Below, piece after piece: positions 15,401 through 28,039 of a stretch of 64,000 bases of DNA. The position numbers and the translations under genes were made by a program. The DNA is taken from positions 17,794,001-17,858,000 of the forward strand of contig CP158635.1 in NCBI GenBank assembly GCA_050273025.1. Reading direction: 5' to 3'. The notes under the pieces were generated by a model, which saw nothing but the letters and a program-made list of their open reading frames with translations, was not told where the DNA came from and ran no database searches. Every line of letters starts with the position of its first letter. Within the stretch, counting starts at the first letter, position 1. The DNA comes from Cenococcum geophilum (lineage: Eukaryota).

Positions 15401-15646
15401 CTGCTCTATAGTTGACTATGTATTTAACCACTAATCAGTGTTAGTTATATAGGGTGACTCACCAATAACGACTACTTAAGTAGGGTTACAGTGATATTAG
15501 TTAATAAAGCTTATTAATTGGAATAAGGGAGGGCGAGAAACTTAAGGCTCCTCGCCACGCTAGTACCGCGGCGACACGTGATGGTAACTTGCCATTACGT
15601 GACGGCAGTTTGCCGTACGTGGCGGCAACTTGCCTCATTCCCGACA
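9495..15646 (-). mobile_element. Copia 2, a related family nested in Copia 1 between IN and RT, same orientation
   Basis: It has 208-bp TG...CA LTRs at 9495-9702 and 15439-15646 and a TSD AAAAT (9490-9494, 15647-15651). The rejoined host flanks match the uninterrupted homologous site near 11720. Confidence 0.96.
10070..14930 (-). pseudogene. Copia 2 gag-pol polyprotein
   Basis: The RNase H fragment is ORF 10223-10426 (LEIY...CTNLYSLYKCLVKL...KEKRLIINIIALR). An integrase Zn-finger reads L(H)RRF(GH).S near 12820, and RT reads KPLY near 11170. Confidence 0.9.
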
Positions 15647-15651
15647 AAAAT

Positions 15652-18600
15652 TAATAAGGTATTAGTGGTTTTGTAATCCTTTTAGGCGACCTCTACTGTG
15701 TTATAGTTATGGCGTATCTACTATAGTTATATTAGGGTTATAGTCGCCTTCTAAGGCACGTTAATCGTGGTTCTCCTTTAGGGCATCTCTTAGGGTATCT
15801 TCTAGGGTATCTTATAAAGGCTTAAAACTATTATCTTTATAGTAAGGCTTAATAACAGTTAAACGGAATTAAGTAGGTCTATAGGGCATCTAAAGAGTAT
15901 AAGTCTAACTATTAATTATAATAAGTTTATATAGGCCTAACTATTCTCCCTTTTTACGCCATACGCGTACCTTAAATTAGAGTGGCAGATTAAGCATAGT
16001 TAAGGTATTTAGGCCATTTCTTATTCCTAGTGCGTTATTAACCTAGTATATAGCGTAGAGACGTTATACCTCCTTCGTTGCCTTATAAATTGCCTTAGCT
16101 CGTTATATAATAGAGGGAGATAGTAAAGAATTATTAGTTATTTAAGGGTAGGCGCTAAAGACTAGTAATATAGGTACAAGCCTATCTAGGCCAGCGGTAT
16201 TATTAATAGCCTTAACAGCTATCTATAGGATAAGCTCTTTGCTAGCGCCCTTTAGTTTTAAAGAAATAATCTTATATATGCGGCGTAATGGCGTATAGTA
16301 TTATTCTACCTTTCTAATACTATTATATGCCTTAACGGGGACTTCCTTAACCTTAATTGTTATTACCTTTGCCTATTATTAAAACTCTATAAATAAGAAG
16401 TTCTTTCCTATATTATAAACAATTTAATTAGGGGGTCCTAGGTAGATATTAATCTAGTATAATTAAAGAGTATCCTATGCGTTCCTAGCTAATATATCTT
16501 TTAAAAAGTATACGGCTTAGAAGGAGGTTAAGAAGTTAATAACTTAAAGTACTAGCTTGCCGCTAAGATATATAATATCTATAATAATACAGAAGTTAAA
16601 GTTATAGTTGTCTTTAAGGGTAAACTTAAATTAGCTAGGGGACTTCTGGTTTATTTAGTAGTAATAGTAGTACTTTATAAGATGTTTAATCGCCTTAACC
16701 TTAACTTTATAACCTACTTATTAAAGAACCCTAAGCAGTTAGTAAACGGATAGGTAGCTAAAATAATAATATAGTTAACGTAGCTCTAACTTAATTAAGT
16801 AACTTTAAGTAATACTCCTTTCTAGCTATTAAAGAAGCAACTAAGGGTAACCCCACTTACGTATAACGGGCACCTAATTATCTCCCTAAATAAGCATATT
16901 CTTAAGGTTGTTAAGCTTAACGCCTAATTTATTTATATCTTAGATATAGAATAGGAATGGGGTATTTGCGGGAATAATATGGAAAGTAATATATCCTAAC
17001 GGGGTTTGGACCTTAATTATACTAAGAAAAATTATAGTACCCTTACCAAAGCGAATTATATATTGGCCTACTATTAATTAGTTAATCTAAATAGAACTAT
17101 TAAGCTGCTAAAGAGCTTGGACTTAAGGTTCTCCTACTATAGATACTCCTACGGCTCTAGTATCTGGCATAATACTATAAAAGACGTTTGCTAAGTATCT
17201 ATTGTTAAAGGAGAACGCGGAACTTTCCTTTAGCTTATTAAAGATATCTAACCTTATAATAGAATAGAGCGTAAATTAGTTATTAAGGACAGCAACAGTT
17301 TATATGCTATTTACCTTACTATACTTGGTAAAGTATTAGTTGGGAAAGTAGTCCTCAATTTCTATATCTATAAGGAGCTATTTAGCCTCGTCAATCTTAC
17401 CCTTAAGATTTTCTTCGCCTTTATATTAAACCAGGAAGCTTTAGAAGTAGGCTATAGTAACTTCTTAGTTTCTAACATTTTATGCGCTCTAGCGAAACTT
17501 ATTATATGCCTCCTTTTGTCTATTAAGGGGGTGTCTAGTTAACTAGTAATTTAGCTTTTTATAAATATAGCATTTCTTCTACTAATTGTTATAAAATAAA
17601 CCTCCATAAGGACCTCCACAATTACTTTATAATTAATATTAATTATACCCTTTACTATATCCCCTGCCACGACTACTATATATTTAATTAATCTAGTTAT
17701 AATCGTGTTAGTTAGCCGGGTTAATTAAAGTAGGTTAGAGTTAGGCGTTAAATTACTATACTTCTTAAGAGCGTAGGGCGGTGCTAATAGAGGATCTTAA
17801 TTAAGTATATACTCCTTTATAAGTACTTATAGGGTTAAAGAGAGTAAGGTTATATTCTTTAACACCTTAATATACGTTAATAACTTAATCGCGTAGGCTA
17901 AAGTCCTTTTAATATAATTTGGATAAACTATATTAAATTATCTAGAGTTAATTAAAGAGCTTTTAAAGATAATTAAGTTAAGAGGCACCTAGGTTTATAG
18001 CAATAATTCTTAGGAAGGTAGTCTCTCTTTACTCCAATATATACTACTGCTTATTCTCCTCTATTTTAAAGTGGCATCTTATTTCATATATTATTCGGTT
18101 AAAATTGTATCCTTTTTCTGCCAAACGATTATAATAAAAGGTACTAGCTCGGCCCTTAAGTATAACTAAATAAGTAATATAGTATTAATTAGGTTCTAGT
18201 TTAACCTTCTAGCAACAGTTATAGAAAATGCGTAACTTTAAATTAAGGATATTATACAGTTCTCTGCTAAACTTCTTCTCCTATTCTAAATAGAGCTTTA
18301 TAAGCTCTATAAGCATTTTTAAGATACCTCCAATTAGTATTTAGCTATATTGCATTATAGGCTATAATAGTAACGTAGATCTAGTTGGCGGAGTTTAAAG
18401 GTTATTAGACCGCGAAGCAAGGGGATCTTACGCTTATTAGGGGTTGTTAATTAAGGCTATAGGTTAAGCTGGTTAATATAGGGGAGTTAAAGATAAAGGT
18501 AGAGGCGATAGATATAGAATGTTAGAACTTATGCTTAGAGTAATAGAGTTAAAACGTGTCTCTAGTGGTATATTGCTTAGGTTCCATCGTAATTTAAGCT

Positions 18601-18890
18601 TCTTTATAGTGCGTAGTTGGTGCTTAATCTCTTATAGAGTCTATTTATGCTCTTCCTTTATATTAATAACGTATTCCTAAATATTATCCCTAATACTACC
18701 CCTATCTATAGGGACAAATACTCTATACTCCTAAAGGAAGTTACGGAAGTCCTATATAATATCTTTATTTATAGGAACCTATATTTCCTTTATCCATCTA
18801 ATAAAGTCCTCCTTTATATAATACTATAGCGCGGTATTATTATATTCGCTATCTTTATAGTGTTTTATATAGTGTACTAAGAATCTATTT
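15652..18890 (-). pseudogene. Copia 1 gag-protease-integrase region
   Basis: It is colinear with and highly similar to Copia 2 at 11730-14930. Confidence 0.88.
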
Positions 18891-19830
18891 AGGTCCTATT
18901 ACTTAGCGGTTACAAAGTTAGTTACGGCTCTGTCCCATATCTTTAGGTTAATATCTTTCTCATACTTCTTCGGATAGGTTAACGCTATAGTAGGTAGAAT
19001 TAATAAGGTGTTATACATTAAAGGTAGGCAGGATTTTTGGTTTTATAGGATCTTATAGGTTTACTGTCTAAAGGTGGGCAATTTAAGATATTGTTTGACG
19101 CGTTTCGGACGTTAACTTAGGACCTTAGGTTTAGTAATACTTTTAACCTAAAGTACTTAACCAAATCTTTATAAATATAATTGTTCTATATAATAGACGC
19201 AACTTAGTATCTCCTAGTACTTAGTAACACTTCTGTTACTAGTTTTCCGTAAGTTTAAGGTAGTATAGTATTACCGGGATCCATTCCATATAAGCGCATA
19301 TAGCACCCCTATACGAGACTATCTCTTCTATTAATAACCCAGCTACTCTGTAGTTAACTATGTATTTAACCACTAATTAGTATTAGAAATATAGGGCAAA
19401 TTACTAATACTACTCAAGTAGATATAGTAATGGAAAAGGTTGTTATTCTAAATAGGGGAGGGTAAGGAATTTAAGGTTCCTTACCACGCTAGTGCCGCGA
19501 CGGCACGTGACGGCAAGTTGCCTTACGTGACGGCAATATACCGCACGTAAGGGCAAATTGCCTTATTCCCGACATTATATAATATAATTATAATTTATAT
19601 AGTTATAATTTATACGGTTTTTGCAATTTATATAGTTTTTATAGTTTATATAATTTATATAGTTTGCGCGCTATTTATTTTAGTTAAGCGTTTTACTACA
19701 ATTTACTAGTAGATACTGCAATTTTGTTACAAAACGCGCGGTTTGCGCGAATCGCTAAAGACTATATATAACTGCGCAAATTGTATAATTTGCAGCAATC
19801 TACAATAACGCGCCTAAAAAAATCCTAATA

Positions 19831-20070
19831 TAGTTAGAAAGACTATAACCTAGATCCTACTTAGTACCCTATATAGAACTTTATTAGCAGTCCCTATAAG
19901 CTTTAAAAATTCTATAGCTGTTAACCTAATAAACTAAGACCCCTAAAGTACCTAAATAAGTAGATAGAGTATTAATATAGTAAAGATAATAGGCTATTAG
20001 AAGAATATAAAGATAAGAATACTTTATAAAAGTAATATAAATATATAAAGCCTAAGGGCAGGCTTTACTA
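19831..20070 (+). pseudogene. C-terminal chromodomain of a chromovirus pol (Gypsy D, 3' end only)
   Basis: The frame agt tag aaa gac tat aac cta gat cct act tag tac cct... reconstructs to SWKGYDPDPTWYPAWNF.GSPHKL.EFH...P.KPGPPKYL.EW. A G14 polypurine tract follows at 20072-20085. Confidence 0.8.
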
Positions 20071-20247
20071 AGGGGGGGGGGGGGGTAATATTATAGCACT
20101 AGTAGAAAATGGCAGAACTTAGTTAGCAGAACTTGGTAGAACTTAGTTAGTAAAACTTAGTAGAACTTTACACTAGCAAGTTGCCACAGATTACCGTATA
20201 TTGCGGTTACGTGACGTGAAGATCTTATAAAACATTGAGCGGTACTA

Positions 20248-22259
20248 TAGTAAAGCCGCGTTTTAACGTTATCTTGGTATACCGTTCCTCTACGGTATAA
20301 CGGTCAATAGCTATAAACAGTTAATTTTACTATAAGGTTTATAAGGCTTACGTTTAAATTTAATACGCCGTTATGTTTAAAGCTCTCTTATATTAAAACG
20401 GTATAGCGCGAGCTATTATAGTGTTAAAAACCCTATTTTTAGAAGCATTAACCCCTTACTCTTAAACCTATAAACTAGCACCGCAGCCATTAATATTTAT
20501 TAATTTAACACTCCTTTTGCCCTATATAATGGCGAAGCCTAAGGATAACCCTAAGCGCCTCTACCGCTATAGTGTTTTAGAGTATAAAAGGTAGTAGATT
20601 TGGGTATACTACTATATAAACCTTAGAAAATCTTAGAGAAATACTACTTACTTTTTTACTAATTAATTTTAATGCCCTATTTAACAGTCTATTATATTAG
20701 ACTCCTTAAAGCCTAAATATAAGTACCTTAATTTACTAGTCCTTTAACGCAGCTAAGAGGGCTTTAAGAGGCGTAAAGCTCCTAATAATTCTAAGCTTAA
20801 AGAAGCGCTATTTAAATAGTAATAGCGGATATAGGCTACTAATATACTCGTTACCGGTAACCTTATTTAGGCTATAGTAATAAAGCTTTAAAATATAATG
20901 GCGTATTATTAGGGTTAATAACAGCCTAGCTTCTTAAGTAGTTAGGTTAATAATTTTAAAAAAAGGAATTAAATATTAAGATAGGAACTATATAGTAAGG
21001 CTAGGTTAGTAGATATAGAGGGCGCTAAGGAGCATATATAGGAGCTTAGGGTTATTATAGATGCGTACCTAAATTAAGACGTCTATAATATAGATAAGGC
21101 AGGGCTTTTCTATAAAGCTACGCTAGATATAGGACTTATAACTATAGGGTAATTAGGCACTAAAAAGTAAAAGAAGCATATTATAACCGTCTACTATAGC
21201 AACGTAGATGGCAGCAATATTATACCCCTATAGATTATTAAAAGAGCAAAGAATCCTTAATATTTTAGCACGTAGTGCAGTAACCTTAGGGGTCTTAACT
21301 TCGCATAAAGGTTTAATAAGAAGGCCTAGATAACGGCATTAATATTTCTTAATTATATTAAGTAGTTTAACGGCTTAATAGGCGGTAGAAAGGTCCTTTT
21401 ACTTATTAATTCCGCTCCTAGCTATACTAGGGATATACTTATAATATTAAAGTACGCTAGCTTGCTTAATACTAGGGTTAAATTCTTACCTAAAAATATT
21501 ACCTCTCTCTATTAGCCTTTAAATTAGGGTATAATTTAAACCTTTAAAGCGTATTACCGCTGCTACTAGCTATCCTATATAGTAGATTAGGTAGAATAAG
21601 ATAGGAACTCCCTTAAGATAATAAATATACTTAGGGCTATTTAGTAGGCTATTACAGTATAGTATAAAATTAGCCCTTAAACCGTAATAAATTGCTTTAT
21701 ATATTTAATAATCTTTAAACCCTATAAGGGCCCCTAGGGTACGCTAAGTGGGTATAGCGAGCCTCAGCTTAAGGCTAAATTAGAGGTGTATTTATAGTAG
21801 CTTAGCTAGGTAGGGCAAATTAGGCAATTAATTCCTATTAGTAACTTTATTAATATAAATAAGGAGGATGCTTTAATAGAGCCTAAGGCCTTAATTATCG
21901 CTTTATATAACGCGCTAGATAATAAAAAAAGCGATAAGAAGGTTAAGCTATAAGTTATTAAGCTTAATAAGGCTTTAGATGCACTTAAGCGCCTTAAGCT
22001 CTATAAGGGGTAGTAAGAGGATAGTAATAAGACTTTAATTACAGCTCTTATAAAGGTAGAGAGAGTAATTTAAGGCCGTTAAGCTATATAGGTAAGGCAG
22101 ACGACTATTATGAGCTTCTTTAAGTAGTTATGGATAGAGAGAAGAGTTAATTTAGCCCCTTGCAGTAATTAATAAGTGAGCTTGTAATATAACGTTTCTA
22201 TACAGCATAGCGTTTAAACCCCCTACTACTAAGCTAAATGGTATAATGAGGTTTTACTG
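20248..22259 (+). mobile_element. Tigger/pogo-like DNA transposon
   Basis: TA TSD; imperfect TIRs (T/C)AGTAAA(G/A)CC.C.TT.TA; one transposase frame. Confidence 0.88.
20529..22127 (+). pseudogene. CENP-B/Tigger-type HTH + DDE_1 transposase (533 codons, RIP stops)
   Basis: It runs from ATG at 20529 to TAG at 22127 in frame. Motifs include VYN.D(E).GLF, KVLLL.(D)SA(P)S(H), FLP.N.TS..(Q)PL(DQ)G.I..FKA.YR and a C-terminal RQTTIMSFFK*. Confidence 0.9.
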
Positions 22260-22848
22260 TACTCTCCTTCTCCTTTCCTTTCTGTTACGGACGCTTTAAG
22301 TACAATATTACGACTACTAGAAGAGAAGTTGGAAGAAGCTAGTTAGTTAATACGGGTACGGTTTAGGATGGAGCTAATAGAGCTATATAACGAGGAATGG
22401 TAACTAAGGTTATATAATATGCTACGTATTAAACAGAAGGAATAAGAGGAACTTATGTACTTTATATATAAGACGTATATTATATATAAAAAGGATTTTA
22501 TAGAAGTACGGTTATATATTTAAGGACCCTTAATCCCTACCTAGATAGTTCCTTCCTTGTAGTAATTCTTAGAATATAATTAGAGTTAATCTATTAGGCA
22601 ACTACTCCACTAGTTATTATTACATTGTTAACTTTAATTTATATTACCTATACACCTAGCCTAATAATAAGCCTATCGTAGTACTTGCTATAAGGTTCCG
22701 TTATACAATTACTACCTAGTTACGGTATTAAATATAAAAAGTCGAATATATGCCACTAAAAGCAGCTACTATAACGCCATTGACGGCGGCAACTACTTTA
22801 AGGTTAGGAGGTAATACTAGTATAGCAGATACTAACTTATAGCAACCT

Positions 22849-23791
22849 TTTATTTTTATTTTTATATCCGATTGTATTATACTACGTACAATACTACGCA
22901 TGCAGCTACTAGGCTATGGCGCTATAGTTCTATATACATAAATCCTTCCTAGGCAGCTTAACATGTACTAGTAGCTAAGTAGACACTCTAGCCCGTTTTT
23001 AAAATGCTAGGGGAGCTCTAGCGACTGGTGTTTTTTCGTTTTGGTATTTTGCTTACTATAGTCCAGTTTACACCAAGAAAAGGAAATCCTGGCTCTTTTA
23101 TCTATTTCTGCCGTATTCTGCCGTTCCTAGAGTAAAAAAAGCGCTCTAAAAGATAGATTTTAATTTTAATAAAATAGTTTTGTATATAAGAATAAGAGAA
23201 ACCTAATAGCTTGCTAGCTTGGAAGCAGCTACCAATTACCCCTATATAACTTTTTTTGGAATTCTGTACCCTATTTCTTCTCCTTACTTAAGAAAAGGGT
23301 AGGGAATTAGTAATTAGTAGGTACTCTCCCCAAAAGTAACCTACTAATGGTATTTTATAAGGGCGAACCTCGTTACATAAACCCACTCCCATAGGAAAAT
23401 TTTCACGAGGTTGTCTGTATAGGGTATAAATACCAATTCGCCCATATACCTTATATTTTACGTGCTAAAGTAACACGGGCCGGCCCCCTTCCCCCCCTAC
23501 TGTAGCTACCCTATCTGCGCATCTGCGGTACGCCTATAGTGCGGTGTTGTGTGGTATGTTGTGGCGGTAGTGGTGGTGGTAGTGGTGGCGGTTGTGGTAG
23601 AGGTCGTCTGCAGCGCGGTGGCTGTAGACAGGTTGTGGAGGTCGTCTGCAGTGCGATGGCCGTAGACAGGTGATGGTGGAGGTTGTCTGCAGCGTGATGG
23701 CTGTAGACAGGTGATGGTGGAGGTCGTCTGCAGCGTGATGGCTGTAGACAGGTGATGGTGGAGGTCGTCCGCAGCGTGATGGCTGTAGACA
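22849..23791 (-). mobile_element. 5'-truncated non-LTR (LINE/SINE-type) insertion in Gypsy A gag
   Basis: It has a 12-bp TSD TTATAGCAACCT (22837-22848, 23792-23803) and a (TAAAAA)n tail at the minus-strand 3' end. The site is empty in Gypsy B (~51315). Confidence 0.8.
23600..23791. repeat. 41-bp tandem repeat, about 4.7 copies
   Basis: Unit GAGGTCGTCTGCAGCGTGATGGCTGTAGACAGGTGATGGTG. Confidence 0.9.
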
Positions 23792-26109
23792 TTATAGCAA
23801 CCTATAATAGTTAGATAATTATAAGAGATAGTTAACTAGTTAATAACAAATAATGCGGTGCTAAAAGAAAGGGTTAATAGAATAGGGGTAGTAAAGATTA
23901 AGCTACTATTAATCGAGAGGTACTTAGGAGAGAGATTAAAGCTTAAAGGATTTCTTACATAAATGCACTTTAAGGTTATATAGGAAGGGGCGAAACTACT
24001 AACACCTATAGATTGAATAGCCTATACAGAACTATTCCTATTAGGAAGGGCGCTTAAGTAGTTTAAGCCTTACCTTATAGAAATACAGGTAAATGGAATA
24101 ACAACTACTAATTAGGAGGTACGATTTATGTTCTTAAGTTAGGAGGGGTTTACGAAGCAACTTATATAAATATTTAGAGACCTAGAGGCGGTAACCATAG
24201 CGGAAAGAAAACTCTAAGATATTACGCAGTAAACCTTAGTAATTAAGTATACAACGTAGTTCTAGACGCTAGCTATATAAATTAAGTGGAATAATAAGGC
24301 GCTTATAGCATAGTATAAATAAGGACTTAAGGCTAAAGTTTAAAACATAATTATCTTAATAGAAGATATAGACACCCTACGGGAATTAATAGATTAAGCA
24401 ATTAAGATTAATAATTAGATCTACTAAAGGGAACAGGCTAAGAGAGGCTAGAATAAAGTTTTATAGTTATATAAGGCGCAAAGTACGCAACAATTAAAGC
24501 TAAATTAGAAACTATAGTATGGTGCAGAGCCAATAGACTTAAGTAGTACTAAAGAAGCCTATAAGAGATGGAGTAAGAAACTATAAAAACCTAAAGGTTA
24601 AGAATTTAGTAATTACAGAACTAAGGAGTAAAGGCTAAACCAGGGATCTTAGCAGCAGAAGATGTTTAGGCGGACTCTATAGTAAAGTTAATAGTTTAAA
24701 AATAGAGCTTATATAAATTGTAGGAAACAAGGTCACTTTGTAAGGGATTATAAAGATAGTTAGAATTACTATGCAATAAAGGGAACTAGACTAGTAGAAG
24801 ACACATACATATAGAGGGATAATAGTGCACTATAAGGAACAAAGGAATGTTTAATTAGAAGTTTTACGTTTTATTATAATAACGCATACCAAATTTATAA
24901 AGACGCTAAGTATAGTGTAAGCTATTGGCTATAGGAGCTAAACCCTATAAAATATAGGGAAACTAATAAACCATTACATAGGCCGGATATTAAAGATAAT
25001 AAGTTTAACGTAGGCGAAGCATTTACAGATAATAAGGTAATAAAGGTAGCTTACTAGGAGCGTGTAAACCTTAAAGAAGTTATATTAGAAGTAAAGACTA
25101 AGACCGCTATAAAGTAAGGTTTAGTAATGGGTATTATAACACTATTAAATACGGCATCTATCGCTTTATAAGACGAAAGGAAGAGTATTTTATAGAGATT
25201 AAGCAAGCAGATAACTACTAGTGCTAATTTATCGCTCGATAAAGGTAAAAGGCCAAAGGCTTAAGATTCTTAAGATGAGATAAGAGACGACTAAGACTCT
25301 TAAGATAAGATAAGGTATACCTAAGGACCTATAACGGATAGAAACCGATAAAGTAGGGCAGTAACTTAGTTTAAAGATATACGAATAAGCTCGGGACAGA
25401 GTTTCCTACAAGCATAAGATTCTTAAGATAAAATAAGTAAGATTTAAGACTCTTAAGACAAGATAAGAATACCTAAGCTTAGCTAGACTAAGGTAGGAGT
25501 AAAGCTTAAGATAGAAGCAAGCTTAGGATTAAGAATCCTATAGAACTAAGACTTTAAAATATAAATAAGGACTATTAACAAGATTAAAAAGCAGGAAGAC
25601 TTTAAGGATCTACTTATAAGACGTAAAAAGAAAGAAACTATAGAGGAATTTAGAGCAAGAATTACCTTATAGTAAGATTAGAAACTAGATAAAAGATCTA
25701 GTATATTAGGCCGTATAAGGGACAGGACACTTATATAAAGAATTACTAATAGGCTTAGGGCAGGCATACTAAGAGCTAAGTGGCTTATTAAACTAGAATA
25801 ATAAAAGGATCTAAAGATTTTAACTAGATTTAAAGAACGATACAGCGATGTGCACGACCAGCTTCCACCCCCCTCTAGAAAAATATTATTTCGCTTCGGC
25901 ACGCGAGCTCGCTAAATCGCCACCAACTGTATATAGTAATTGTAGCGAACGCATGTGCCTGCACGCAAGGGTTGCTAGGATAATCAAATTAAAGCCATAT
26001 AGAACTTTCCTGACCTACCAAAGTTGTGACATCCACTCAAAATCGTGTTGTACTATTATTAATTTGCCCTTAATATGCATCCTTCTTTAAAACGTGCAGC
26101 GGCTTAATT

Positions 26110-27825
26110 AACGGGCGAGAGTTCTTCTTCTTAACGAACTCGACGAAACTACCTTTCTTCCTTCTTATTACCTGGGCCCCTACTGCCGTTAAGCTATCGC
26201 CTAAATATAATACGATAGCCGCTAAGACGCGAATACAACGCCGTTTACCCGGGTTTTATACTAGAGGAGCTTAAGGAAATGGATAACGATTTAGAAGCCG
26301 TAGTAGAGACTAATAAGGAGGTAGAAGGCTGGCGTGTACACTACCAAAGTTAGTTTAGTAGATTACCTTAGTTAAGATCTTATGAGTTACTATATTTAAC
26401 GCAGGAGCCGCTAGTATTAATACCACGATATTAGGCCACGGCCTCTTAGGAAGCTGCTCTTGCTCCTAGGGCTTATGCTCCTCGGGCTTCTTAGGCTCGT
26501 GCTCGTCTAATTGCTCGCTCACTGTTAGCCTCTCGCTTACCCCTAAGGGCTCGCTTAATAAGTAAGTATAAGAATAAGCCAATTACGCCACCACCTCGCC
26601 TGCGTTTTAAGAGCGAGATTAATAATATAGAGAGGAGAAGCGGTGGCGTGTTTATTACTTATAATTATAATATAGTGATTTAATACCTAAAGGATTCGCC
26701 TTTTACTAAAACTATTATTAGTATAAGCCTGTAGCTTTATAATCTTTAGCGACTCTAAGTCTTCCCTATTTGCGAGAGAGAGCTACGTTGTTGGGAGTAA
26801 GGTATTCGCATTAAGCTCCAGTTAATTAAGGCTAAAGTTAACACTTAGTACGCAGGCGTTCGTGACGTTAGATTTAATATAATAGAAGTTAAGGTTGCAG
26901 CCTAGTGGCAGAAGATTAATACCCAGCTTATATTGTGGGCGAAGCATACTAATAGAAGCGGCGCGATTAAGGCTCTCACCGTTAACCTCTTAATTGTATA
27001 TGCCCCAGCTGCGAATTAACTAGGGGCCTCTCGTTCTAGAGTTAGCTCTCGTCCGTTAATGCTTAATTAACTCCGTGGTGAAGTTTTGATACCCTTATAG
27101 ATTTTGGAGCGGAGCTTAACGCCTTACGTACCTCCTACTAACGCTACCGATTTAATAGGATTGCGGGTTAAGCTTACTAGATATTAGCGTTGTAAGAAGC
27201 GCTGCCCAAATGTTAATTAGTGCTACGTTCTTAGCTAAGTAGACGTTAAATTAATAGATAAGGACTTAAGAGAATGGGTAACTGGTATCCAGCAAGGCAT
27301 TGCGAATATTCAGAATCCACCTTATTAGCTTGCTACGCGGCTTACTAAGAGAGCAGCAGGGGGCGGAAATAGTAGTAAAAGAGTACGTTAATTAACCTCC
27401 GGCGAGAACTCTACTGCTAGTACTCCAGGCGTTATTAATTACTTTTACGTTAGCTTTATAAGCCTAGTACCAAATTAGTAAACTCCTATACTAGTAAGCC
27501 AACTAATGTTATTATCCTTACTTATATTACCAATACGCCGCCTATAAGGTATTAACCGCGTAAAGGATCTAAAGAAGTTCTTTGCGTATCAGAAGTAGAG
27601 TATATCTAGTAATCTTAACTAGGAGGCTGACTTTAAGGCGGCATATAAAATCGTCTATAATCTAAGATGGGACTTAAAGCTCCTACGTAATAAATCTAAT
27701 AGCGCTAATCCTATTAAGGAACTTGTACAGGCTGGTGTTAAATTAGGTGTTATAAGGCGGCTATAGAAGGATTTAAAGAAGTAGGCAAATAAACGTTGGA
27801 CTTAGCTTAAAGGAAGTTTTTAAGA
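26110..27825 (+). pseudogene. Unidentified cargo ORF inside the Tc1 element
   Basis: Long GC-richer codon-like stretches are broken by RIP-type stops, e.g. ...IEVKVAA(Q)WQKINTQLILWAK... and ...WEADFKAAYKIVY.LRWDLKLLR...LVQAGVKLGV..RL. Confidence 0.5.
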
Positions 27826-28039
27826 TATAGATAATTAGCAGAATATGGGGTGTCTCTGTCACTGCTGGCGCCCCTATAGTAGTAGAGACGCCCTATATAG
27901 GGCTTTTTTTAAGATATAGATGATCTTAACTAGTAAAATATAGGGTATCTTCGTCACTGCTAGCACCTCTATAGTGATAAAGACACCCTATATATAGTAT
28001 ATTTACAAGTATTACGTACAATTAAGAACGCTACTAAAA

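Larger units (their letters stand above)
7420..19574 (-). mobile_element. Copia 1 (Ty1/Copia LTR retrotransposon), full length, RIP-inactivated
   Basis: It has 194-bp LTRs at 7420-7613 and 19381-19574 and a 5-bp TSD TTATA (7415-7419, 19575-19579). The minus strand reads gag-PR-IN-RT-RH in Copia order. Confidence 0.95.
5921..19830. mobile_element. Right part of a second CATCGGG-family element, interrupted by Copia 1 and inserted in the chromodomain of Gypsy D
   Basis: 6200-6780 is homologous to 59890-60650: the same 20-bp array, then CTAGCTAGCGAA...TATAAACGATT..ATTAATTAATTAAATTAAGGTA, then a TAGG microsatellite. It ends in TCCTAATA (19823-19830), the transition-mutated form of TCCCGATG, exactly where the chromodomain frame begins. 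Confidence 0.6.

Noticed and set aside
25848..26090. Paired ORFs MCTTSFHPP... (25848+ and 29320-)
   Set aside because: They are the two TIRs read inward, not genes.
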